From Microcoleus sp. (GTDB lineage Bacteria; Cyanobacteriota; Cyanobacteriia; Cyanobacteriales; Microcoleaceae): a DNA stretch of 32,035 nt. Below the pieces are notes generated by a model, which did no database searches, had not been told where the DNA came from, and saw only the letters and a list, made by a program, of their open reading frames with translations. A program made the position numbers and the translations under genes. Below, in pieces: positions 9,178-20,409 of the stretch (its first letter is position 1; the number at the start of each line of letters is the position of its first letter). The stretch is from positions 1 to 32,035 of the forward strand of contig JAYFMW010000023.1 of assembly GCA_042408215.1 (NCBI GenBank), read 5' to 3'.

Positions 9178-9636
9178 ATGATTACCTTAACCCTCCTGCA
9201 TCCTATCCAGTCCGTGCCTGTTCAAAGTTGGTGTTTTGAATCCGAATCGGTGGTTCGGATCGGTCGATCGAACGACAATGATGTGATTATTTACAGCGCT
9301 GTCGTTTCCCGCCACCATGTGGAGCTGTGGAATCATCCTTCAGGCTGGGAAATTATTAATTTTGGTGCTAATGGCACTTATGTAGACGATCGCCCGATCG
9401 CTCAGGTGTCAGTGGCGGATGGGATGACGATTCGTTTGGGCAATTCCGGCCCCAAAATTCGGATTCGGGTGGGCGTGACGAATCTCGAACCGGGCCAAGT
9501 AAAGATGCCACTGAAACCATCGCCCCCCGCCAAAATGTACGAACCTCCAAAAGAAAGGCGAACTGCTTTACCTGTGAATCTGGCCATCATCCATGACGAT
9601 GAAGCAGGGGCGTTGACTCAAACCGATTTTGATTGA
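9178..9636 (+). CDS. FHA domain protein (paralog of 3560-4051)
   Basis: MITLTLLHPIQSVPVQSW, VRIGRS, VVSRHH, GANGTY. Confidence 0.88.
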   Translation: MITLTLLHPIQSVPVQSWCFESESVVRIGRSNDNDVIIYSAVVSRHHVELWNHPSGWEIINFGANGTYVDDRPIAQVSVADGMTIRLGNSGPKIRIRVGVTNLEPGQVKMPLKPSPPAKMYEPPKERRTALPVNLAIIHDDEAGALTQTDFD

Positions 9637-9700
9637 GTGGCTGCTATTCCTATGAGCAAGCTCAAACAGGCAAGCTTCCAGAAACACCTCTTGTCAAAAG

Positions 9701-9734
9701 TTATGAGTTTTATTGCTTAGTTAAAAACTCATAA
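9701..9734. terminator. AT-rich inverted repeat between convergent genes, possible terminator
   Basis: TTATGAGTTTT...AAAACTCATAA. Confidence 0.4.
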
Positions 9735-9932
9735 GCTCAAATCCGCGCTTCATCGTCGGGCGTAAAGTCGAGTCAAGTGGCAACCAAATATGCAGGGCAG
9801 GAGTCAGGAGTCAGGAGTCAGGAGTCAAGATGCTTAACTATTAAGGGTGGAAGCAATCATTAATATCATGTCCGCCGGGGCTTCTGCTAGATCAGAGCAA
9901 TTTTCACTTCTTTGATAAAATATTCGACTCAC

Positions 9933-10110
9933 TGTCAACCGTCAACTGTCAACCGTCAACTGTCAACCGTCAACCGTCAACCGTCAACCGTCAACTGTCA
10001 ACTGTCAACCGTCAACCGTCAACCGTCAACTGTCAACCGTCAACCGTCAACCGTCAACCGTCAACCGTCAACCGTCAACCGTCAACCGTCAACTGTCAAC
10101 CGTCAACTGT
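9933..10110. repeat. STRR-type heptamer array (CCGTCAA/CTGTCAA) x ~25
   Basis: Directly visible; a shorter (CAGGAGT)x4 array lies at ~9798-9826. Confidence 0.95.
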
Positions 10111-10169
10111 TAACAATCATTGCTGAGTGCAACCGGAATCGATATAACTCCTAACTCGCAACTCAACTA

Positions 10170-10754
10170 TCAGACTTGCCCTTCTACAGATAATATTGGG
10201 GGGCGATCGCTCACAAATACCTCTGTTTCGTTGCCGGCCCACTGACGGTAATCTAAGAGTAACTGGTACATCAATCGCTGTTTGATAGTCAGCAGTACAC
10301 TCTTGAGCAAACCGTTGCCCGTTGCTTCTAAAATCGGTTTGGGTGTCAGCCAAAAAAGTGGCGGCATCTCTACTCCCACTTCCAAATCCGCTTTTCCCTT
10401 GAGATAAGTTGTCCCCCCGCTTTGATGCGGTGACAACTGCCCTTTGAGATTGAGAGCAAAGCGATCGTTAATGTAATCCACGCCCCGAATTTCGCAGGCG
10501 ACAGACTCCAAATTGATTGTGCCGTCCGACTGCGCCCACACCCTCATGTCTACTGTGGGTTGAATGCTCAGCATCATAAATTCTAACGGCCGCATTTTTA
10601 GCCGAAAACATTCATCACTTAGCTGCTCAGTGCGACTTCGATCGACTAGGGCGTTCACAAGTCGCCGGGGCTGACGCAGATAATGTTGAATGGGAACCCG
10701 TTCCTCTGGTACGGCTATCTCAACGGATTGGGAAGCATTAAACCGGATATACAT
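10170..10754 (-). CDS. DUF1997-like conserved cyanobacterial protein
   Basis: IQHYLRQPRRLV, FRLKMRPL, LEATGNGLLKSVLLTIKQRL motifs recalled for this family. Confidence 0.85.
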   Translation of the reverse strand: MYIRFNASQSVEIAVPEERVPIQHYLRQPRRLVNALVDRSRTEQLSDECFRLKMRPLEFMMLSIQPTVDMRVWAQSDGTINLESVACEIRGVDYINDRFALNLKGQLSPHQSGGTTYLKGKADLEVGVEMPPLFWLTPKPILEATGNGLLKSVLLTIKQRLMYQLLLDYRQWAGNETEVFVSDRPPILSVEGQV

Positions 10755-10950
10755 GAGAGGATGTCAAAATATAGGATTCGTCAGAATATCTTAATAAAGT
10801 TTCGCCCTGATTGGGTGACATAGGTCAGGCGGCGAGCAATGTCATCCGAGAAATAACGGAGAAAAGCTTTCGAGAAATCAGTAATTTCCCCATGATACTT
10901 GCCCGTCGATCGGAGTTAAGCAAAGAGTTGTAACGTAAAATTGTCAAATT

Positions 10951-11883
10951 ATGAAAATTTCGTTAGCGAAGCCCTCGAAGAGGATCGCACATCTGGGCCC
11001 TGTTGGTACTAATGCAGAAACAGCCGCTCTGGCTTATCTCAAGTGGTTGAGCGAAGAAACTAACTCCGAATGCACCCTCTGTCCTTATTCAACCATTTCC
11101 CAGGCGCTAGAGGCATCTGCCTGCGGACAGGTTGACTATGCAGTTGTGCCGGTGGAAAATTCGATCGAAGGTAGCGTGACGGTGACGCTAGATACGTTGT
11201 GGCGACTCGATCGGCTCCGCATTCAACACGCCTTAGTGTTACCGATTTCCCACGCCCTAGTATCAAAAGCTCAAGGTTTTAACGAGATTCAAAAAGTTTA
11301 CTCTCACCCGCAAGCCCTTGCTCAGTGTCAGTTGTGGTTGGGGAAGTTTATCCCATCGGCTCAGTTGATTCCGGCAAATTCAACTACCGAAGCATTGCAG
11401 TACCTGGATGATAGAAGTATAGCGGTGATTTCTGCGCCCAGAGCAGCTCAACTTTACAATTTGCCAGTGTTAGCTCACCCGATTAATGATTATCCCGACA
11501 ATTACACTCGATTTTGGATACTTGGCAGGGGTGTTGAAGAACTTGGAAATGCCGGAGAATCCGATCGCTCATCTAAATCGGCCGCCAGCTTGAGCCTCGA
11601 TGCTGAGCCATCTAATTGTACTCACACGTCGCTAGCTTTTAGCGTGCCCGCCAATATGCCGGGAGCGCTGGTAAAACCTTTGCAAGTATTTGCCAGTCGG
11701 GGTATTAATTTAAGTCGCATTGAATCTAGACCGACTAAGCGATCGCTCGGAGAATATCTTTTCTTTATGGACATTGAAACCGACGCTTGCCAAGCATTAG
11801 TTCGTGAGGCACTAGAAGAGTTAAAAATCCACACTGAAACTTTAAAAATCTTTGGTTGCTACAGTGTACTGTCAGTAGTGTAA
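10951..11883 (+). CDS. pheA: Prephenate dehydratase
   Basis: LGPVGT, VPVENSIEGSV, SHPQALAQC, DNYTRF, ACT domain INLSRIESRPTK. Confidence 0.96.
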   Translation: MKISLAKPSKRIAHLGPVGTNAETAALAYLKWLSEETNSECTLCPYSTISQALEASACGQVDYAVVPVENSIEGSVTVTLDTLWRLDRLRIQHALVLPISHALVSKAQGFNEIQKVYSHPQALAQCQLWLGKFIPSAQLIPANSTTEALQYLDDRSIAVISAPRAAQLYNLPVLAHPINDYPDNYTRFWILGRGVEELGNAGESDRSSKSAASLSLDAEPSNCTHTSLAFSVPANMPGALVKPLQVFASRGINLSRIESRPTKRSLGEYLFFMDIETDACQALVREALEELKIHTETLKIFGCYSVLSVV

Positions 11884-11912
11884 TTTTCAGTAAAACTCAT
11901 GAGCCTAGGAAG

Positions 11913-12554
11913 ATGAATGCTGATGAACTTCTGAAGCGATCGGCAGCCGGGGCAAGAAATTTTCATGAAACCAACTTAAAAGAGGCTTCTTTGCAAGCAG
12001 CTTTCCTAAGTCATATTTGTCTCGCTTGTGCCAATTTGAAAGAGGTCAATTTAGCTTGGGCAGACTTAAGTTGGGCAAACTTAATAGGTGCAAACCTCAA
12101 GAATGCTTGCCTGCTGATGACTGAACTCAATTGCGCTAATCTAAGCAGAGCAAATCTAACTTTAGCGAGGTTGACAGGGGCTGACATGATTGAGGCAAAC
12201 CTGGAAAACGCCAACTTGGGCGACGCAAAAATGATTGGTGTCAATTTGACCCGGGCTAATTTGTTTGGCGCCAACCTCATGGAAGCTAACCTCATCGACG
12301 CTTGCTTGCAGGAAGCAGATTTGAGACAAGCAAATTTAACTGAGGCCAAACTTCGGGGAGCGAATTTGCAACGCGCTAATTTGAGTGGGGCCTGTTTATA
12401 TGAAGCAAATCTTCAAAATGCAGATTTGACAGGTGCTGACTTACGCGGTACTAACTTGAGCGGGGCATTTTTGTGCGGCGCTAATCTGGAAGGAGCTAAG
12501 TTAGATGGGGCAGATTTAAGTGGTTCAATACAATTTTGTTTCAGACAAGTCTGA
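11913..12554 (+). CDS. Pentapeptide repeat protein
   Basis: Continuous A(D/N)Lxx repeats; typical N-terminus MNADELLKRSAAGARNF. Confidence 0.92.
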   Translation: MNADELLKRSAAGARNFHETNLKEASLQAAFLSHICLACANLKEVNLAWADLSWANLIGANLKNACLLMTELNCANLSRANLTLARLTGADMIEANLENANLGDAKMIGVNLTRANLFGANLMEANLIDACLQEADLRQANLTEAKLRGANLQRANLSGACLYEANLQNADLTGADLRGTNLSGAFLCGANLEGAKLDGADLSGSIQFCFRQV

Positions 12555-12590
12555 CAGCAATTTGGCAGTAAAGAATCTGCAAGCTAAGGA

Positions 12591-13135
12591 CTAAAAAATA
12601 TGTTGTTTATTTCGCTGAAAGGTGCAGTTAATTTGCTCTTGTACCTTGGCAAAATGCAACTGCATCTTGAGTGTTTCTTTCTGAGAATTAGCTTCAGTAA
12701 GCAACAAATTCGGTGCAATTTGTTGAGGAGTTTCAAATATTAGTTGTGCTTCTGACAACTGTTGATCGTTGTTTTTTTCTGCGAGATTGAGGATTGCGAT
12801 CGCAGCGACAGATTGTCCTAATATTTTTTGATGGCAATCGGCTGCTGTTTCTGAAGCAGCAGGTACAAATGCCAGTAACTTTTCTGTGGCGATGGAACTC
12901 AGCTTTTGTCTGAGCAAATTGCAGGCCGCCCGCTGCAATGGCCCTGTTTCGCTTTGACAAATCTTGATGATTTTTCAGCCTGCATCGCCGGAATTCAAAG
13001 TTTCTTTCAAGGCTGCAATTCGATGTTCGCTAACTGAACTAGACAGCCGGTGTTCAACTCCCGCTAGTCCGCCGATCGCGACACCACAGGTGGCATTTGA
13101 CCGCCTCTAACTGCACTGCCTATGATTTCGGTCCA
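12591..13135 (-). pseudogene. Probable pseudogene beginning with the cyanobacterial 'AVLGG...GGxxGVxxRL...RIAAL' HEAT-like N-terminal module
   Basis: Manual translation AVRGGQMP / GVAIGGLAGVEHRLSSSVSEHRIAALKETLNSGDAG*KIIKICQSETGPLQRAA; in-frame TGA at 12975-12977 and an upstream frameshift. Confidence 0.55.
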
Positions 13136-13171
13136 TCGATATTTTCTCACACAAACTTACTCCTGAATCAC

Positions 13172-13268
13172 AAGCTGTCGGGCATCTAAATTGTATTTTT
13201 CGGGCGGGCGGGACACCCCACAAAAATTTGATTAAACTTGACTGTAAAATTTAGATGCGCCTCAGCTT
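13172..13268. mobile_element. 97-bp MITE-like element
   Basis: TIRs AAGCTGTCGGGCATCTAAATT / AATTTAGATGCGCCTCAGCTT. Confidence 0.7.
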
Positions 13269-13284
13269 AGTAACGAGAGGATGA

Positions 13285-13926
13285 CTACTTGAGTGTATCT
13301 TTAAGTACAGTCCGAGCTGCCAAGTGATTGCGAGTCGAAGTCAAAATTTCTGTTTCGCGTTCCAATCTAGCAGCAGTATCTTGCAATTCTAAAAGTATTT
13401 GCTGTTCTGTCGCCGCGCCGTAAAGGTAGCTGGCTACCCAATAGGACAACTCTGTAGGCAAACTGGGAATATCTTCTGGTAAGTCGATCGCCTGATCCAT
13501 CAATTTGCTAGAGAGGCGAACTACATCTCGAAGCAGTTGTTCGACATCTCGGCTTAAAGATCTGAGGTCTTTTTGCGGCGGTTCGTCTTCAATCCATTCT
13601 ACTAAACCGACTAAATAGGGTTTTTCCCTCACTGCGTCGAGCACCCGGAACCGTTGCTGTCCGATAGTCATAATTTTCATGCGATCGTCGGGGAGTCGCT
13701 GACAGTGAATTACTTCGGCGCAGCAGCCGACGGCGGAGACTTTATTTTGGTCGGGGTCCCACATGAGTACACCGAAACGGCGATCGCCCTCCAAAATCGT
13801 ATTCATCATGATTCGATAGCGAAACTCGAAGATTTGCAGCGGGAGCGGTCTACCAGGAAATAGAACCACTTCCGGTAAGGGAAATAGGGGGAGTTCGCGA
13901 ACTGCTACTGAGGAAGAGGATGCCAT
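13285..13926 (-). CDS. LON peptidase N-terminal (substrate-binding) domain protein
   Basis: ELPLFPLPEVVLFPG, LQIFEFRYRIMM, GQQRFRV; no AAA+ or protease domain. Confidence 0.92.
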   Translation of the reverse strand: MASSSSVAVRELPLFPLPEVVLFPGRPLPLQIFEFRYRIMMNTILEGDRRFGVLMWDPDQNKVSAVGCCAEVIHCQRLPDDRMKIMTIGQQRFRVLDAVREKPYLVGLVEWIEDEPPQKDLRSLSRDVEQLLRDVVRLSSKLMDQAIDLPEDIPSLPTELSYWVASYLYGAATEQQILLELQDTAARLERETEILTSTRNHLAARTVLKDTLK

Positions 13927-14250
13927 TATCGCTCGAATGTGAGGGTACTTGCGCTGATTTTTCTTACTTTAACTGATTTGAGTAATTCTGGGGCGGGGGC
14001 GATCGGGCTGCGGACGGGACGGGAGCGATCGCTCGCGATCGCCAATGCTCTCAGCACCCGCTGCCTGCTTCAACAAGCCGTCCTGCCCTCAAAATGATTA
14101 AAATTATGTTTTTGGTTAACCAACGATGTCAAATGCGATGAGAGCGACTTTTAAACGATGGTTTGTTTAGCGATCGATGATTATTTTTACGAAACACTAA
14201 TAACTAATGACTAATAATTAATAACTCATATTGTCGATCGCACTTTTAGC

Positions 14251-14291
14251 AAAAAGAAGGAACAAAGTATTTTTCCCTTGTTCCTTCTTTC
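14251..14291 (-). terminator. Intrinsic terminator after rpsJ
   Basis: AAAAAGAAGGAACAA...TTGTTCCTTCTTT hairpin followed by a U-run on the minus strand. Confidence 0.7.
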
Positions 14292-14311
14292 CGAGTTTCC
14301 GATGAGTCAAT

Positions 14312-14629
14312 CTACAACTTAACTTCGATATCTACGCCGGCTGGCAAATCCAGTTTCATCAAAGCGTCAATTGTTTTAGCAGAAGGCTGGTGAATGTCGA
14401 TGATGCGGCGGTGCGTGCGGGTTTCAAAGTGTTCGCGAGAATCTTTGTCTACGTGGGGCGATCGCAGCAAACAGTAAATCCGCCGTTTTGTGGGCAAAGG
14501 AATCGGGCCGATCGCAGTAGCGGCTGTCCGATTTGCTGTATCTACAATCTTTTCACAAGATGCGTCTAGAATGCGGCGATCGAAAGCTTTGAGGCGAATG
14601 CGAATTTTTTGTTGTGGGATAGCTGCCAT
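14312..14629 (-). CDS. rpsJ: 30S ribosomal protein S10
   Basis: [31 protein letters not shown]. Confidence 0.99.
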   Translation of the reverse strand: MAAIPQQKIRIRLKAFDRRILDASCEKIVDTANRTAATAIGPIPLPTKRRIYCLLRSPHVDKDSREHFETRTHRRIIDIHQPSAKTIDALMKLDLPAGVDIEVKL

Positions 14630-14665
14630 TTTTGTTTCTTTAATTTTCTAGGTTCAGTTTATTTT

Positions 14666-14847
14666 TAGTCATTAGTTATTAGTCATTAGTTATTAGTCAT
14701 TAGTTATTAGTCATTAGTTATTAGTCATTAGTTATTAGTCATTAGTTATTCACTATTTAATCGTTAACTACTAACCGCTGACTGATGACTGATGACTGCT
14801 GACTGATGACTGATGACTGCTGACTGATGACTGATGACTGATGACTA
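14666..14847. repeat. STRR arrays (TAGTCAT/TAGTTAT)n and (TGACTGA/TGACTGC)n in opposing orientation
   Basis: Directly visible between tufA and rpsJ; adjacent hairpin TAGCAGAAAAG...CTTTTCTGCTA-like at ~14850-14889. Confidence 0.9.
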
Positions 14848-14909
14848 AATAGCAGAAAAGCCTATTGACATTTGGCGACTTTTCTGCTATCTAGGCTGTG
14901 AGCGTAGTC

Positions 14910-16139
14910 CTACTTGAGGATTTTGGAAACAACGCCTGCGCCGACGGTGCGTCCGCCTTCGCGGATGGCGAAGCGCATTCCTTGTTCGATCGCGATCGGG
15001 TGAATCAGCTCAACAGTCATTTTAATCCGGTCACCGGGCATCACCATTTCAACTTCAGTACCGTCGTCAGCCGTGAACGCTGCGATCGTGCCGGTCACGT
15101 CGGTGGTACGGACGTAGAATTGAGGGCGATAGCCAGAGAAAAAGGGTGTGTGCCGGCCGCCTTCTTCTTTCTTCAGGATGTACACTTCAGATTCAAACTG
15201 AGTGTGAGGCAAAATGCTCTTCGGCTTGGCAATCACCATCCCCCGTTCAATATCCGCCTTTAAAATCCCCCGCAGCAGTAAGCCCACGTTGTCGCCGGCC
15301 AAGCCTTCCTCCAGAGATTTTGTGAACATTTCCACACCAGTCACCGTAGTGCTGCGAGTGTCCTTCAGACCAACCAATTCGACGCTTTCGCCGACCTTGA
15401 CTTTCCCACGTTCAATCCGGCCAGTAGCAACAGTACCCCGACCAGTAATCGAGAATACGTCTTCTACTGCCATCAAGAAGGGTTTGTCAATTTCACGTTC
15501 TGGAGTGGGGATATAACTATCCACGGCTTCCATCAGTGCGTAAATTTTGTCAATCCAGGGATCCTCGCCCTTTACAGCCTTGGGATTGGCAGCCATCGCT
15601 TCGAGAGCTTTCAATCCCGAACCAGTCACGATGGGGATATCATCGCCAGGAAAATCGTAAGAGCTCAGGAGTTCCCGAACTTCCAGTTCCACCAATTCCA
15701 AAAGTTCTGCGTCATCTACCATGTCTTCCTTGTTCAAGAAAACAACCAAGCTAGGAACGCCAACTTGCTTGGCTAGCAGGATGTGTTCGCGAGTTTGAGG
15801 CATGGGGCCGTCTGCCGCTGACACAACTAAGATGCCACCGTCCATTTGAGCCGCACCGGTGATCATGTTTTTCACATAGTCAGCGTGTCCGGGGCAATCA
15901 ACGTGGGCATAGTGCCGAGCTGTGGTTTCGTACTCAACGTGAGCCGTATTAATCGTAATACCCCGCGCTTTTTCTTCAGGCGCAGCATCGATTTCATCAT
16001 ACTTCTTACCCTTGGCCTGACCTAGTGCAGAAAGAGTCATCGTAATCGCGGCGGTCAAAGTTGTTTTGCCGTGGTCAACGTGACCGATGGTGCCGATGTT
16101 TACGTGGGGTTTATTCCGTTCAAATTTTGCGCGTGCCAT
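14910..16139 (-). CDS. tufA: Elongation factor Tu
   Basis: [23 protein letters not shown]. Confidence 0.99.
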   Translation of the reverse strand: MARAKFERNKPHVNIGTIGHVDHGKTTLTAAITMTLSALGQAKGKKYDEIDAAPEEKARGITINTAHVEYETTARHYAHVDCPGHADYVKNMITGAAQMDGGILVVSAADGPMPQTREHILLAKQVGVPSLVVFLNKEDMVDDAELLELVELEVRELLSSYDFPGDDIPIVTGSGLKALEAMAANPKAVKGEDPWIDKIYALMEAVDSYIPTPEREIDKPFLMAVEDVFSITGRGTVATGRIERGKVKVGESVELVGLKDTRSTTVTGVEMFTKSLEEGLAGDNVGLLLRGILKADIERGMVIAKPKSILPHTQFESEVYILKKEEGGRHTPFFSGYRPQFYVRTTDVTGTIAAFTADDGTEVEMVMPGDRIKMTVELIHPIAIEQGMRFAIREGGRTVGAGVVSKILK

Positions 16140-16167
16140 TCTCGATCTGTTCCTTGTTTTTTTTAGC

Positions 16168-16240
16168 GATTTTAGACTTGAGATTTTAGATTCTCGATTT
16201 TGGATTCAATCCAAAATCCAAAATCTAAAATCTAAAATCA
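16168..16240. repeat. Inverted STRR heptamers (GATTTTA)n/(TCCAAAA,TCTAAAA)n forming a long hairpin
   Basis: Directly visible between fusA and tufA. Confidence 0.8.
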
Positions 16241-18313
16241 TTAGTTCCCTTTGTTCTTAGCGATGATGGCTTCAGCCACATTTCGCGGCACTTCTTCGTA
16301 ATGGCTGAATTCCATTGTGAAGATGCCTCTACCTTGGGTTTTCGAGCGGATGTCGGTAGCGTAACCAAACATTTCTGCGAGTGGAACTTTTACAGAAACT
16401 TTGGCAATTCCCTGATCCGTCTCTTGACCCTCAATATGACCCCGACGAGAGTTGAGGTCGCCGATGACGTTCCCGATATAATCTTCGGGAACTTCCACCT
16501 CTACTTTCATCATAGGCTCTAGCAGCACAGGCGTTGCCTTCATCACGGCTTCTTTGATCGCCATTGAGCCGGCGATCTTAAATGCCATTTCTGAGGAGTC
16601 TACATCGTGGAAAGACCCGTCTACCATAGTAGCTCTAAGGTCAATCACGGGATATCCTGCTAGAATACCTGATTCGCAGGCTTCTTTCATCCCTTGTCCT
16701 GCCGGGCTGATGTACTCTTTGGGTACTGTGCCGCCGACAATTTTGGAGACAAATTCAAAGCCTGTTCCTACTTCTGTTGGTTCGAGTTCGATCACGACGT
16801 GACCGTACTGACCTTTACCGCCGCTTTGGCGGATAAATTTACCTTCGGCGCGGACGGCTTTGCGAATTGTTTCGCGGTAGGCTACTTGTGGCTGACCGAC
16901 GTTGGCTTCTACTTTGAATTCCCGCAGCATTCTGTCTACGAGGATTTCTAGGTGAAGTTCGCCCATGCCGGCGATGATTGTCTGGTTGGTTTCCGGGTCA
17001 ACGTTGACTCGAAAAGTCGGGTCTTCTTCCGAGAGGGACTGGAGGGCTTTGGAGAGCTTCTCCATGTCTTGTTTGGTTTTGGGTTCCACCGCCACCGAGA
17101 TGACTGGCTCTGGAATAAACAGGGATTCCAGAATCACTGGTGCTGTTTCGTCGCAGAGGGTGTCCCCTGTGAAGGTGTCTTTCAGACCCAAAACTGCTCC
17201 CAAGTCTCCGGCCCGGAGTTCGTCTACTTCTATCCGATCGTCCGCTTTGAGCACAATTAGGCGAGAAACCCGCTCTTTTTTGTCTTTGGTGGAGTTGAGG
17301 ACGTAAGTACCTTTTTTGAGGATACCGGAGTAGACCCGAACAAAGGTCAGGCGACCGTAGGGGTCTGCCATGATTTTGAAGGCCAAGGCTGACAGGGGGG
17401 CGCTGTCGTCTGCGTGTCGATCTGCTGTGTCGCCGTTGGGCAGGAGTCCTTGAATTGCAGGAACCTCCAAGGGCGAAGGCAGATAGTCGATGACTGCATC
17501 CAACAACAACTGAACGCCTTTGTTTTTGAAGGCCGAACCGCACAGCATGGGGACGATCGTGCCTTCGACCGTACCGTGGCGTAGGGCGGTGCGAATTTCG
17601 TCTTCCGTCAACTCTTGGCCTTCAAGGTATTTCTCGGTGAGGGCGTCGCTGGTTTCTGCTACGGACTCGATCAGCTTGGTGCGGTATTCGGCGGCTAGCT
17701 CTTTGACTTCATCGGGGATTTCTACTTCAAGGATCTCGGTGCCGGTGTCGTTGTTGTAGATATAGGCTTTCATTTGCACTATGTCTACAATTCCCCGGAA
17801 GTTTTCTTCGCTGCCGATCGGAATTTGGATGGGTACGGCGTTCGCTCTCATTCGATCGCGAATTTGACCGTAGACTTTGTAGAAGTTTGCACCCATCCGA
17901 TCCATTTTGTTGACGAACACAATCCGAGGTACTTTGTACCGATCGGCTTGTCGCCAAACAGTTTCCGATTGTGGCTGAACTCCGCCTACCGAGCAGAATA
18001 CTGCGATCACTCCATCTAGCACTCGCATGGAGCGTTCGACTTCGATCGTGAAGTCTACGTGTCCGGGAGTGTCGATGATGTTGATTTTGTAATCTTTCCA
18101 ACTGGTGGTGATAGCGGCGGCAGTAATCGTAATTCCCCGCTCCCGCTCTTGCTCCATCCAATCGGTGACTGCTGTTCCTTCATGCACTTCACCCATTTTG
18201 TGAACCATGCCTGAATAGAACAGAATTCTTTCAGTTGTCGTTGTTTTGCCCGCATCTATGTGGGCTGCGATGCCGATGTTGCGGGTTTTTTCTAGCGGGA
18301 CGGTACGTGCCAC
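16241..18313 (-). CDS. fusA: Elongation factor G
   Basis: [26 protein letters not shown] start with AGGAGG SD. Confidence 0.99.
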   Translation of the reverse strand: MARTVPLEKTRNIGIAAHIDAGKTTTTERILFYSGMVHKMGEVHEGTAVTDWMEQERERGITITAAAITTSWKDYKINIIDTPGHVDFTIEVERSMRVLDGVIAVFCSVGGVQPQSETVWRQADRYKVPRIVFVNKMDRMGANFYKVYGQIRDRMRANAVPIQIPIGSEENFRGIVDIVQMKAYIYNNDTGTEILEVEIPDEVKELAAEYRTKLIESVAETSDALTEKYLEGQELTEDEIRTALRHGTVEGTIVPMLCGSAFKNKGVQLLLDAVIDYLPSPLEVPAIQGLLPNGDTADRHADDSAPLSALAFKIMADPYGRLTFVRVYSGILKKGTYVLNSTKDKKERVSRLIVLKADDRIEVDELRAGDLGAVLGLKDTFTGDTLCDETAPVILESLFIPEPVISVAVEPKTKQDMEKLSKALQSLSEEDPTFRVNVDPETNQTIIAGMGELHLEILVDRMLREFKVEANVGQPQVAYRETIRKAVRAEGKFIRQSGGKGQYGHVVIELEPTEVGTGFEFVSKIVGGTVPKEYISPAGQGMKEACESGILAGYPVIDLRATMVDGSFHDVDSSEMAFKIAGSMAIKEAVMKATPVLLEPMMKVEVEVPEDYIGNVIGDLNSRRGHIEGQETDQGIAKVSVKVPLAEMFGYATDIRSKTQGRGIFTMEFSHYEEVPRNVAEAIIAKNKGN

Positions 18314-18647
18314 AGCTACCTCCTTGAGTTTTCTCTGCTGTTATAATACAATTATACTACACAGAAACCCTATTTTGTAGTCGCGACGGACTGACAACAT
18401 AAGTATATGGAGCTTATTGTTACATTTTAATATTTTTTGCAAGATTTGTTTACAAAAATATTAAGGATGTGACATGGAGGATTAAGAGAGTTTTGAATTT
18501 TGAGTTTTCGAGTGTTGAGTTTGCTTCATTGCTCGCAGCCCAGCGCCGGGGGAAGCAATCTCAATACTCAAAACTTACACTGTTCAATCTCTCGCCCAAT
18601 GCTCTCATACCACAGAGTCGTCCAATTTGACCTACCCGATTTGGCGA

Positions 18648-19118
18648 TTAGTATCGGTAGTGGGCGAAGGCCTTGTTGGCTTCGGCCATACGGTGGGTTT
18701 CTTCGCGCTTGCGAATGGCACTGCCTGTTTCATTGGCTGCATCCATCAGTTCGTTGGCCAGCTTGGCGGCCATTGAGCGACCGGTTCTGGCTCTGGCAAA
18801 TCTGATCAGCCAGCGGAGGGCGAGGGTAGTTCCGCGATCGGAACGCACTTCCATTGGCACTTGGTAGGTAGCGCCACCCACTCGGCGGGCTTTGACTTCG
18901 ACTAGGGGTGTAGCGTTTTTGACTGCTTTTTCAAACAAGTCTAACGGTTCGGCTCCTGTCCGTTCTTGGATGGTTTTGAGGGCGTCGTAGACGATGCTGG
19001 ATGCCACGGATTTTTTGCCGTGCTGCATGATCCGTCTCACCATCATGCTCACCAACCGGCTGTTGTAGGTGGGATCTGGGGGGACTGGACGTTTTTGAAT
19101 AACTGTGCGGCGAGACAT
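18648..19118 (-). CDS. rpsG: 30S ribosomal protein S7
   Basis: [30 protein letters not shown]. Confidence 0.99.
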   Translation of the reverse strand: MSRRTVIQKRPVPPDPTYNSRLVSMMVRRIMQHGKKSVASSIVYDALKTIQERTGAEPLDLFEKAVKNATPLVEVKARRVGGATYQVPMEVRSDRGTTLALRWLIRFARARTGRSMAAKLANELMDAANETGSAIRKREETHRMAEANKAFAHYRY

Positions 19119-19257
19119 AGTTCTATTTGGGATTTTTGATTTTGAATGATTGAGTTTGGGGTTTTTGTTAGCTATCGATCGACTATTAACTGGCTATCAA
19201 CGGGCGATCGCCAATTATTTTTGCTCCCAAACCCCGAAAGCAAGTGCGAGTTCCGTT

Positions 19258-19638
19258 TTATTTCTTCGCTTTGGGACGCTTAGCCCCGTATTTAGAACGG
19301 CCTTGCTTGCGGTCTTTCACCCCGGCCGTGTCTAATGTACCGCGAATGATGTGGTATCTAACTCCCGGCAAATCTTTTACCCGGCCACCACGGATCATTA
19401 CTACCGAGTGTTCTTGCAAGTTGTGACCGATGCCTGGGATGTAGGCTGTCACTTCAAATCCAGAGGTCAGCCGCACCCGCGCCACTTTCCGCAGCGCCGA
19501 GTTAGGTTTTTTCGGGGTGGTTGTGTACACTCTGGTGCAAACTCCGCGGCGCTGGGGGCAACTCTTGAGAGCTGGCGATTTGGTTTTTTTCTGCGTTTGT
19601 TCCCGTGCTGAACGAATGAGTTGCTGAATAGTGGGCAT
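19258..19638 (-). CDS. rpsL: 30S ribosomal protein S12
   Basis: [29 protein letters not shown]. Confidence 0.99.
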   Translation of the reverse strand: MPTIQQLIRSAREQTQKKTKSPALKSCPQRRGVCTRVYTTTPKKPNSALRKVARVRLTSGFEVTAYIPGIGHNLQEHSVVMIRGGRVKDLPGVRYHIIRGTLDTAGVKDRKQGRSKYGAKRPKAKK

Positions 19639-19769
19639 GAGTTACGGCATTTCTAGCTTTTTGCTGAATAATAGAGTGAGCTGGCGGCATCCGCGCTGAA
19701 AGTCCCTTCCCCTCTACGGGGACGGGATTTTGGCAAAAATTATGGAAAAGTGAGGATACCAGACTCTAT

Positions 19770-19798
19770 ATTGTACATGACTCGACCTTCTTTGGCAA
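19770..19798 (-). promoter_or_regulatory. Sigma70-type promoter of the rpsL operon
   Basis: TTGCCA-N17-TACAAT on the minus strand, ~130 nt upstream of rpsL. Confidence 0.7.
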
Positions 19799-20409
19799 GG
19801 AATTAGGAATGAGGGGGGGCGATCGAACTTTTTCCCCTGGCTTGTTCCTGAAAGTTTTCGCGGTCATCAACAACGAGTTTTGGCGCTGATTGCATAATTT
19901 AACCGCTGTCGGTGCCACAGCAGCCACAGCAGTGATAGCCAGCGCTCGCCACCTCCAACTGTCGATCGCCTCACAATTTTGGGGAGAGGCGCGTCAACGG
20001 TAGCGGGGGGTTGCATCACAGTATTGGGTCGATCGAGATCACATCTGACGATCTAAAATTGCCAGATCATCAGAAATATAGATTGAGTTGACCGCAGATG
20101 AGAACCGCAGCTTGGATTCCTGAATATACATTTTCCGAAGTATACTTGAATATTTGGAAATCCGGTAAGATCGATCTCAGTTCCACCAGATTCCATAGGC
20201 AATTTATTGTCAAAAGTTGATCGATTCACAGGAGGAGCTAAAAATTGTCAGCAGACCAATGTATGCAGTGCGCCTGGGAAGGCTGTCCGTCATGGACTGA
20301 CTTGCTAGGATTTTTTGAGTTTTGAGTGAAAATCCCCTTAATATAATTAGAGGGATGTAAAAAAAAATCCCAATTATTTAAAGGTGTTTTCAAGGTAAAA
20401 GGACGGGGT

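Noticed and set aside
14898..19690. Many antisense and alternate-frame ORFs over tufA, fusA, rpsG and rpsL
   Set aside because: Shadow ORFs of highly conserved genes with no recognisable motifs
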